From positions 30,752,001 through 30,816,000 of the forward strand of contig NC_043014.1 in the NCBI RefSeq assembly GCF_006345805.1: 64,000 nt of DNA, read 5' to 3'. Position 1 is the stretch's first letter. Each line of letters opens with the position of its first letter. This DNA is from Octopus sinensis (taxonomy: Eukaryota). Position numbers and translations under genes: made by a program. A model generated the notes under the pieces. The model was given only the letters and a program-made list of their open reading frames with translations. It had not been told where the DNA came from and searched no databases. Below, piece after piece: positions 49,088 to 59,905 of the stretch.

Positions 49088-52000
49088 AAAAAAAAAAAAA
49101 TCCCTTTACATTCTGTGTTTGAATTCTGTCATTGTCATCTTAGCCTTTCATTCTTCCTAGATTAATGAAATAAGTGCCAGCCAAGCATGGAGTACATGAG
49201 TGAGTGGAGGGGATATAATTCTGAGTTTCAATTCATTCTCACCCTGTTCTACCCCCAATTGTGGATTTTTTAAAACCTATGTTAGAGATTATTATTACTA
49301 TGTTGACAAGCTGGCAGAATCATTAGCTTGCTAGGAAAAATGCTTAGTGGCATTTCGTTTGTCTTTATGTTCTGAGTTCAAATTCTGTTGAAGTCAACTT
49401 TGCCTTTCATCCTTTCAAGGTTGATAAATTAAGCATTAGTGAAATGCTGGGGTCGATGTAATTGACTAATTCCCTCCCCCAAAATTTCAGGCCTTCTGCC
49501 TTTAGTAGACAGGATTATTATTATTATTATTATTACTAAGGTGGTGAACTGGCAGAATCTTTAGCATGCTGGACAAACTGCTTAGCATTTTGTCTGTCTT
49601 CATGTTCTGAGTTCAAATTCCATTAAGGTTTACTTTATCTTTCATTCATATGGAGTTGATGTTATCAACTTACCCCCTCTCCTGAAATTGCTGGCCTTGT
49701 GCCAAAATTTGAAACCATTATTATTATTACTACTACTAAGGCAGTGAATTGGCAGAATCGTTAGCATGCTGGGCAAAATGCTTAGTGGCATTTTGTCCAT
49801 CTTTACATTCTGAGTTCAAATTCTGCTCAGGTCAATTTTGCCTTTCATTCATTTGGGGTTGATAAAATAAATACCAGTTGAGCAGTGGGGTTGATGTAAT
49901 TGACTAGCCCTCGCTCCCAAATTTTCAAGCTTTGTGCCTATGATTGAAAGAATTAATATTACTAGGGTGGCAGGCTGATAGAATAATGTACCAATCAAAT
50001 ACTGGGAAGAGGTAGGGGGCTTTGATGGTATTGACTAATTGTCCCTTTCCCCTTGAAATGGGTGGCTTTGTGCCTAAATCAAACATTGTTATAGCTGCTG
50101 CTAACCACATTTCACTAAATTTTATTGGGAAAGCTGTAAATGTGTCATTTTTACCTCATTTCACATCCCTTTCAAATTATCAATCTTTATGCAAAAATAA
50201 ATTGTTCTGCCTGAGTAATTAAGATGTTAAAACTCTTGGATAATGAACCAGGAGTTCAAAACCAGCTGCAAGCATTGTCTCACTAAACACATCACATTCC
50301 TTATTTTCCTTTGTTCCTTTTTAAAATATCATGCTTAATTAATAAAAAAATTATTATTATAATCTTTATTATTTTTGTATATAATTTTTTTTTCCTTTTG
50401 TATTATAAAAAAACAAAAACATCTTAGAAATGATTTGCTTAATAAATTGGTTTCATTTATTCTATCACTATTGTAATCTTATTGTTATTCACTTTGGTAT
50501 ACTGTGTCTTTGATTGAGCTGTTTAGTTCACTATTTTGAACCCAGCATGACTTCAATCAACACACACACACACACATATATATATTGCTTCATCTTTGGG
50601 CATAATTCCTTGGGAGGCACTTGGTCAGATAATTTTGCATTGTGTCATTATAGATAAACTATCAATCATATTTCATTGATTAATTGCGCTGTACTTAGCT
50701 GGGAGGATTCTTTCTTGGGTAACCAACCACATCATCATAAGTTCAAATTTTACTACATCCATTGAATTGTATTCTGAGGCACGTCAGCTCTCTCTCTCTC
50801 TCTCTCTCATTGACAAAAATACAAATGGTCACACTCCTTCTGTGTAACTGAGTGATTAGCAGCATAACAAAAACTGATCCATGTTTTTCCTTTAAAAAAA
50901 ATTCTCTGAATCAGCGGCTATCTACAACATAACCAGTTCTCAAAAAAGCAAAAACAAAAAAAAAAAGGTGAGGGATGAGGTGGTGAAGTATGATCTTCTA
51001 ATGTTGAGCCTCACTGAGGTGATGACAAGTGACCGAGACCAGGACGATATGTTGTGCTTGAGAAGACTCGTCAAGCCAAGCGAAACTGTAGTCATAACTG
51101 TTGTGAGTGTCTTGTAAATGGCACCCATGAAATTTTAGTCATGGCCATTACTAGTGTCATGTAAGAAGCACTTGTTACATTGTCGGAGTGGTTGGCATTA
51201 GGAAGGGCATCTAGCTGTAGAAACCATGCCACATCAGACTGGAAATTGGTGCAACTCTCTGGCTACCAGTTCCAGTCAAACCGTCTAACCCATGCCAGCA
51301 TGGAAAGCGGATGTTAAATGATGATGGTTAATGAGTTGTCCAATACTTCAACTCCTGCAAGGATTAAATGTAGTCAAGTATTCATAGGAGATACCTAATT
51401 ACATTTGATCTTGGCTTATTTCTTTTTCTATGAAATATTAACCCTTTTAATACCAACCCACCTGGGACAGCCCCTGGTTCTATGATACAAGCTTTTTGTT
51501 TGTAAATAATCAAAATTTCGTGTGAATTTATGTTCCAAATACTAGTTGAATAATGACAGTTATTTTAGTGAATTGTTCAATATTTTTTTTAATTAATTAA
51601 AACAAAGGTGGTGCATTTCAACAGAAATTTGGTAACAAAGGAGTTAATCTTCAAGCACTTTCAATAAGATACTTTTCTCAATCACACTCATCCTTCCACT
51701 TTGGAAGATTATGCAGGCTATGGACACAACTTGTCCATACTGTGAAACTACTTTCAGGCCTATGCTTTTCTATTCAAGTATTATTAAAACTGCAACTTAA
51801 ATATATTACTGTCCTTTCTGTTTCAGTAACTCTGAAATTATTCTTTCTTGCGTGAAACTCGTTTCTTCTTTGTCAAATTATATGTTAATTTAATTTAACT
51901 TGCACAAAATTAATTTTTGTGAAGTAGAGAGTTATTTACCTATAGCACAAGCAACAACACCTACTTTCACTTTCTTCTTCACTCTGAGACAAAGAGCAAA

Positions 52001-52089
52001 GCTGGAAATGGAGGACTCTTTATTCTTCTTACCAAACTTACTGAAATCTCCAATAAGTATTTCAGTGTGTATTACTGGTACTAATGAAT

Positions 52090-52480
52090 GAAAAACAAAG
52101 TTGAGCTCTACTCATACTGATAGTAAAACATTGCACCAGATACTGCTGGGTTTGGTTTTCTTTTGCCCAGGTGGTCCTGTCTTCACACATCAACCCAAGT
52201 TATGTCTTTCAGTTCATAAAACGGATTATACTATATATAAAGCACAACCCTTGAGTTGTGGAACTCCTTGTCAAAGAAACTATTTACATTCAGCCAATGC
52301 TACACTCATTCTTCAATAGCTTTAACAGAGATGTAGGACTCAGCACTTTGTGATATACCAACTTTACTATGTTCAATTAACACTAATGCCAAACCAACTC
52401 TTAAGCCCTACATAGGCTAAAGGGTAGAGCTCTTCATCTGTGGAACCTGTGTTTGTTTCATAACCAACTGTATTATCCTT
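52090..52480 (+). mobile_element. Possible Penelope-like GIY-YIG endonuclease C-terminal remnant
   Basis: ELLVKETIYIQ...FNRDVGL resembles the recalled Penelope motif ELLVKEALHIQ...FNRD.GL. Frameshifts and stops present. Confidence 0.4.
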
Positions 52481-54668
52481 CTACCCATGTGGAACCTATA
52501 TGGTTTATGGGTACAATAATTCCTCTCTTCCTCATAAGGTTAATTTGGGGATTAGTGGAAATTGGTAGTGTCAGGAGACTGTTTACAACGACCCAGTAAG
52601 AGATTTAGCTGCTATTTTCACATGGTCAGGCAACTATCTAGAACAGTGGTTCTCAAATGATGCACTAATTTGTCTTAATGTATATTTAAGTATGCCACAG
52701 ATTTCCAAAAATTAAATTTAAGGCTTTAGAAAATCCATCTTAATGCTTGAGTGTCTTGTAGTAAAAGGAGTTATTGATAATTTTCTTATACAAAAGTATG
52801 ATTAATAATACAAAAGAGTTTACTTCTCTTTTTCTAAATTTTAAACTAATTTAAAAAAAAATTTTCAATGCACAGTGTACCAATAATTTTTTATTTGATC
52901 TCTAGTGTGCCATAAAGAGAAATAAGATTTGAGAACCACTGATCAAGAGTTACTGTTACTGACTCATATTTCTGTATTCCTCTCCCCAATTACTTTGTTT
53001 TTTTAATGAATAAACCATATCAAAGTATACTGAAAAAGAGAGAGTGAGAGAAACAAATTTTTAAGAAAATGTAGTCAAGTCAGGAAAAATACTTCTGTAT
53101 CTACATACTGTATAATTTAAATTTAAAGCAACAATAAAAATACAGTTGTCCTGTTTCTCTGTTTCAATCTCATTAGTTTTCTCAATTTTATTCTATATCA
53201 ACGCCCCCCCCCCTTTTAAATTTTTTTTACCTCTCTCTCTACTTGTGCTAAGTAGAACAAAATTTCCCCACGCTTTCACTAATGTATATATCTCTGTTTC
53301 TTTTTTACCTCCCGGCATTTAGTGAACACATGCACAATAAATTTTATATGATTTGGGATAGGGTAGGAATTACTTTGATATATATGTACATAAGTTGTCA
53401 ATTAGATATATATATATATATACATATATATTGTATGGCAATTCTAAAACATTTAAATTTAGATTTTTTTTTCATTACCATTACTTATACTTTGTTTTTC
53501 TCCCTTAAAAGAAAAAAACTAAAACATTGAGGTTTTTTTCATACAAATTTGAAACAAAACAATTTTAATTTTATCCAGTTATTTCATGAAAATTCACTTT
53601 TCTTTTTAACCCCTACAAATATACATAGTTTTTGTTTTCTTTTACTGTTTTTTTTCTCTTTCATATGAAGCTGAATTGGGTAGTGGTATATTAAAACACG
53701 TCTATATATTAATTAACATATACTTGTACATACATGTTTTAATTGCAAATGTACAGACATTGAGACATGCTTTTGTAGCATGAACATTTTGCCAGTTGGC
53801 AGAAACTGACCCAATCTTAAAGTAGGGTGATGGGAAATATAACCCTTGATTTCACATTTTTTAACTTTTGATTTCATGTAATATTTCATGCTTTCCAATG
53901 ATTTTATTTTATTATTATGTTTGATTTTTTTTGTTTGTTTTTTTGCATAAAACTTCATGAATGCTTAAAGGCTCTTAATGAATCCGATGAAAGTTGTACA
54001 GTATGTGTATGTTAGAGAGTGAATGAACTCATGTGTATGTGTATCTTTGGCTATGTGTATACGTGCATGCTGAGTGATTTTAACTGTGATGTTTTACTAC
54101 TTCAGTTGAGGTGTGCAAATGATTTTTTAATTTATTTCTTTCCTGATGTTTAAATTTTTGATGATGATTGAATAAACAAATTCTGATAATTTTTGCAAGG
54201 AAAAATAAAATTTTAAAAATGTGTACCATATGACTTTGAGTTGAATCAATTTAATTTTTTTTCTTGAAATTTCATTAACCTTTTGGTATCAGGGGTGTAG
54301 TCACACACTTTGACTGTCATTTGATACATGATAGATGTACAGGCAATACCAATGCGGTTTGTGAGTATGCATGTATATATATATATATATATACATACAT
54401 ACATACAATAGTGCAAGCATGGCTGTGTGGTAAGAAGCTTACTCTCCAACCATATTATTCCAGGCTCAATCCAACTGTGTGAAACCTTAGGCAAGTATCT
54501 TTTACTATAGCCTCGGATTTGGTAGACAGAAGCTGAAAGATATATATATATATATATCTGTATGTGTGTTATTGTGTCTGTTTGGCAACCAGCGTTAGTG
54601 TGTTTACATACCTATAACTGAGCAGTTTGGCAAAAGAGACTAAGTACCGGGCTTAAAAAAAGAAAGTA

Positions 54669-55530
54669 GTGGGTTGTCTGGAAAGTTTGTGTCGATTTTT
54701 AAAGGAAAGAAAAAGGTCAATAAATACTTGCCATTACATTTTTAATCAACCAAATATAAACCATTTTGTTGCACAATGTGTCTCCATCTTTCTTTTAACT
54801 TGAAAATACCCTCTTCCCAGAATTGAGGTGGTTTCATGGCAAAGAATTCATCAAGGTATCTTTTTACGGCATCAAAGGAATTAAAATTTTTACCATTAAG
54901 ACTATTCTGCAGAGACCTGAATAAGTGGAAATCCCAAGGAGCAATATCTGGTGAATATGGAGGGTGGGGTAACACATCCCAACTGAGCTGCAGCAATTTT
55001 TGTCTGGTTCCCAAAGAAATGTGCTGTCTTGCATTATCATGTTCGAAAACAATACCCTTCCTGTTGGCCAATTCTGTACGTTCCTCTTGAATTGCTGCTT
55101 TTAACTCGTCCAGTTGTGTGCAGTATTATCTCAGAATTAATTGTGTGTTTACTTAGGAGAAGCTCATAGTACAGAATTCCTTTCCAATCCCACCAGACAC
55201 AAAGCAAGACATTTTTAGGGTGAAGACCCGCTTTTGGGGTGGCTCATGTTGCTTACTCCAGGATCGCTTTCTCTGAACATTTCGGTAGTTATTCAAATCT
55301 CATCACCTGTCACAATTTGCTTTAAAAAAGGCGCGTTTTCATTCCGTTTATAAAGCGAATCACAAATGGAAATGCGATCCAAAAAGTTCTTCTCACTCAA
55401 CTCATGTGGTACCCAAACATTGTAGTGATTTGTGTACCCAAGCTTTACCAGGTGCTCTTGAACGACGGATTTTGATAGGTTGAGGCTTTCTGCCAATTCT
55501 TGGGTTGTGCAATGTGGGTTATTCTCATAC
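54669..55530 (-). mobile_element. 5'-truncated mariner transposon (Hsmar1/SETMAR-like DD34D transposase pseudogene)
   Basis: WVPHEL, IVTGDE, HDNARQH and HPPYSPDIAPWDFHLF motifs in ORFs 55293-55496 and 54742-55071, with frameshifted linking sequence (VLLCVWWDWKGILYYELL). TIR-like end TA|GTGGGTTGTCTGGAAAGTTTGTGTCGATTT at 54667. Confidence 0.92.
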
Positions 55531-57284
55531 CTCTAAAGCAGAATTTTTTCAGGGGCCCTTAAAATACTATTGTGGATCCCATATCTTGAGAACCACTGAT
55601 CTAAAGTAAGGGAGATAACTCTAATTTAATCAACTAACTGAAAATTTTGAAAAACAAAAACTGCAGGTGGGAGTGGTTTTTAAAATGAATAATATTTCTG
55701 AATGATTAACAATAAGTCTTTTATCTGTTAAATCTTTTATCTTCTACTTCTTTCAGTCATTGAACTGTGACCAAGCTGGGGTACCACCATGAAGGGATTT
55801 AGCTGAATGAATCAAGTCCAGTGCTTACTCTATTGATCTCTAAACCTGAGTCACTGTTACAGGGATGTAAACGAACCAACACTGGTTGTCAAGGGGTGGT
55901 GGGGGATAACTACAAACCCAAAGACACATATATGCACAATAAGACTACTTTGAGTTGTTGTCTACTCACAAAATTTTGTACACTCTGTGGCTATGGTAGA
56001 TGACACTTTCCCAATGCTACATGCAGTGGGACTGATCCTGGAACCATGTGGTTGGAAGCAAACTCCTTACAACACAGGCACCTATAATGATAGAATATTT
56101 TAAAAAATAAATATGGGGCTCTCCAGTTTATAAGCATTTTTAATTGGTTAATTTTTAATATTATGATATATCAGAGCCAATCTGTTCCTTTTTATTCTAC
56201 ATCCTCTTCTTTTTTCCCCTTAGGGGTAATCCACAGCATAAGACATATTGTGCACTCAAGACTGGAAAATCTTTCATCATTAATCCTTATATATGGCAAG
56301 GACAACAGCTTCCTTAAATTTAATATTGCTTCACACTAGAATCCTCATACATAGATTAAAACTGGTACACAATCTTGATCCACAAGCTCACAAGGCAATC
56401 TCTGTATGATTGACTTGCTAGAATTAGCAACCAAGTTACCCTCAAATCAAACCTCTCTTAAAACAGGAAGTGTATGTTAGAAAATGTCCTCGATATCTCA
56501 TATCTGTTTCAGTCAACAGACTGTGGCCATGCTGGGGCACTGTCTTGAAGAATTTTTAGTCAAATGAATTGACCCCAGTACTTAATTTTTTAAAGCCTGG
56601 TACTTATTCTATCAGTCTCCTTTTGCTGAACCACTAAATTATGGGGACATAAACAAACCAACATCAGTTGTCAAGTGGTGGTGGGGACAAACACAGACAC
56701 AAAAACACATATATATGATGGGCTTCCTTCAGTTTCCATCTACCAATCTACTCAGGTGCCACACTGAGTTCAAATTCTTTTATTTAAGACAGCATTAGGG
56801 GTGTGATTTGAGGGAGATTAGGCTACTATTTCCATAGGTTGAGCAACCGTATAGAGGTTCTTTTATTGGTTTGTGTGTGTAGTTTGGTGGTTTCTTACAG
56901 TGCCAAGATTAATGAATTTATCTTCTCAGCAATGCATATCTATAATGAACAGATATGTAAATAGAACCTGAGCAACAGTTCCACAATATCAATACCAGCA
57001 ACCCCATTCCACAAATGCAGAAATGTGAAAACATTTCCTAGCTCATACACACACTGGTTACCAAACCTGCCTGCATGTCTGCCTTGCTCTGCCCTAGTCA
57101 AATAGGATGTGCTCCATTTCATTTATGGGGTGAATTAACTTCGTATCTGCCTTCACACTGTAACATACATGACAACTATTACACAATGGATATGTGCCAA
57201 CTGATGGTATTGCTATTTTTGTCTTGCAAGTTGTTTACTGGTAGCTTTCTGTTTGCCAAGAAAGCATGTACATGTATGTGTGTG

Positions 57285-57315
<31 letters not shown>

Positions 57316-58290
57316 GGATACACAAACACTTATATATTAGCTTCTTTGTGTATCATTGCACAGATCATATAAGATTGTTTCTATTTGTTTTCAGTTATCT
57401 AAAAGTTATTGCACAATTGCAGACTGAAGCTAAAGCATCTGTTCTTTTGTTTAATAGATAAAGACTTAAGTGGCTCTTGTTGAAGTATTTAGCAACAGCC
57501 CTTTACATTCAGAGTTCAAGTAATACTAAGGCTGACTGTCCCTTTCATCCTTCTATGGTTGATGAAATAAAGTACCAGTCAAGTACTGGGGTTGATGGTG
57601 TGAAAACCCCATTGCTCAAAACTGTTGGCCTTGTGCCTAAATCAGAAACCATTATTATTATTAGTAGTATTATGGCAGTGAGCTGGCAGAAACATTAGCA
57701 CACCAGGCAAAATGTTTGTCCTTATGTTCTGAGGTCAAATTCCACCATGGTTGACTTTGCCTTACATCCTTCTGGGGTCATTGAAATGAGTACCAGTTGA
57801 ATGCTGGGGCTGATGTAATTGACTTACCTCCTCCTCTGAAACTGCTGGTCTTGTGCCAAAATTTGAAACTACTACTACTACTACTACTGCTGCTGCTGCT
57901 ACAACAAAGGTGATGAACTGACAGAATCATTACTGTGTCAGGCAAAATGCTTAGCGGCATTTCATCTGTCTTTACATTCTGAGTTCAAATTCCAATGTGG
58001 TTGACTTCGCTTTTCATCCTTTCAGGGTGGACAAACTAAGTACCAGTTGAGTACAGGGGTTGACGTAACTATCAATAACCTTCCCCACCAAATTTCAGGC
58101 CTTGTGCCAGTAGTAGAAAACATTATTATTTTTACATGTGAGTAAAAGTGTTGGTATTAGAAAGGGTACCCAGTGGTAAAAATATTACCTCAGAAAGTCC
58201 CATCCAACCTATGCCAGCATAAAAATTTGAACATCATCATGATTATTATCATCATTTAATGTCTGTTTTCTATGCTGGCATGGGTTGCAG

Positions 58291-59905
58291 TATAGAGGGG
58301 TGAGTTGGGCATCATCTTTGAGAAAAACAGCACCATGACACAATTCCCTTTGCCAGAAATTAGGAAACGACATGCAATACTGCTTGGCATTTGCACCGGA
58401 TGCTCCAATATGAACATTTCAGAGTGTTTGAGTGTCAATTTGAGAACAACGCATGTACCAAGAGGAATAAAAATCAAACATCCTGTCAACATCATAGTGT
58501 TTGGAGTGATCCCTAGTGATGGTGATGTTATGCCTCCATTCATCTTCCCATGCAGCCTCAGACTCAATATGGAGGCCTACTTCAAATGCCTGGGGGAGGT
58601 AATGCTGCCTTGGGTCAAGAGAGCAGCTGGCAACAGGATTGCCACATGCCGCACAAGCAGGAGAACCCAGTCGTGGCTATCAGACAATTTCTGCGACCAC
58701 ATCACCTCTAACATCAGGCCACCTAACTCCCCAGACTGCAGTCCCCTTGATTATTGTGTGGGGCACAGTTGAGCGAGAGACCAACAAAACTCCTTGGAAC
58801 ATCAAAGATGAACTGAAGGCAAAGATTACGGTATCATTCACCAACTTTAACAAAGAGACTGTCCAGAAGAGTTGCAGGAGATTCCAAAGTCATCTGGAAC
58901 CTGTGGTTGAAGCCAATGGCGATTTTATTGAATAAATTTACTTTTTAGTATTTCAAGATATTTTTATGCAATTTTGGTGAGAAGACCAGGCAGGACAAGT
59001 GAGCCCAGCCCACTTATGAATGCCTTTCCTCCCTTGGACACAAAGACCGGTTGAGGCAAGCGAAGTCGATATAGAACCTCATCCGACGACAGACACCCAT
59101 GCCAACCCCCCATGCTTGTGAAGACATGTTGGGGCAAGCGAAATCGAAATCGAAATCGAAACCGAATTGAACCAGCCAGGATCCCTGGCCTGGTGGTACG
59201 TAAAAAGCACTATCCGACTCGTGGCCATGGCACGTAAAATACTCCAATGCGACCGTACGACAGGCACCCATGCCAACCCCATTTGCTTGTGAAGACATGT
59301 TGGGGCAAGCGAAATCGAAATCGAATTGAACCAGCCAGGATCCCTGGTCTGGTGGTACGTAAAAAGCACTATCCGACTCGTGGCCGTGGCACGTAAAATA
59401 CTCCAATGCGACCGTACGACAGGCACCCTTGCCAACCCCCTTTGCTTGTGAAGACATGTTGGGGCAAGCGAAATCGAAATCGAATTGAACCAGCCAGGAT
59501 CCCTGGTCTGGTGGTACGTAAAAAGCACTATCCGACTCGTGGCCGATGCCAGCACCGCCTCGACTGGCTTCCGTGCCGGTGGCACATAAAATACACCAAT
59601 CTGACCGTGGCCGTTGCCAGCCCCGCCTGGCACCTGTGCAGGTGGCACGTAAAAAGCACCCACTACACTCACGGAGTGGTTGGCGTTAGGAAGGGCATCC
59701 AGCTGTAGAAACATTGCCAAATTAGACTGGAGCCTGGTGCAGCCTTCTGGCTTCCCAGAACCCCGGTCGAACCGTCCAACCCATGCTAGCATGGAGAACG
59801 GACGTTAAACGACGATGATGACGATGATGATATCTGTTAAAATGAGATGTCAGTGTTATTTTCATTTTTGTGTAATTTAGATGACAATATATTCATTGCA
59901 CTCTG
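58291..59905 (+). mobile_element. Internally deleted DD37D element, copy 2, interrupted by an RTE-tail insertion at about 58981-59830
   Basis: ORFs 58305-58772 and 58639-58935 match copy 1. The terminal segment TATCTGTTAAAATGAGATGTCAG...CACTCTG|TA resumes at 59831 after the insert. Confidence 0.85.
58981..59830 (+). repeat. RTE-LINE 3' tail containing three tandem units of about 159-171 bp
   Basis: GCCAACCCC recurs at 59101, 59272 and 59431; the length difference is due to extra (ATCGAA)-type hexamers. Ends in the RTE tail and (GAT/GAC)n. Confidence 0.85.

Noticed and set aside
56940-57461. ORFs on both strands in non-repetitive sequence
   Set aside because: No consistent acceptor/donor pair gives a stop-free exon, no recognisable motif, and part of the ORF is (TA)n.
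59014-59792. 237-aa and 147-aa ORFs; also GCGAAAT motifs as a possible HDV-like ribozyme
   Set aside because: The ORFs are translations of the tandemly repeated RTE tail. I could not build the nested double pseudoknot or a hammerhead core.
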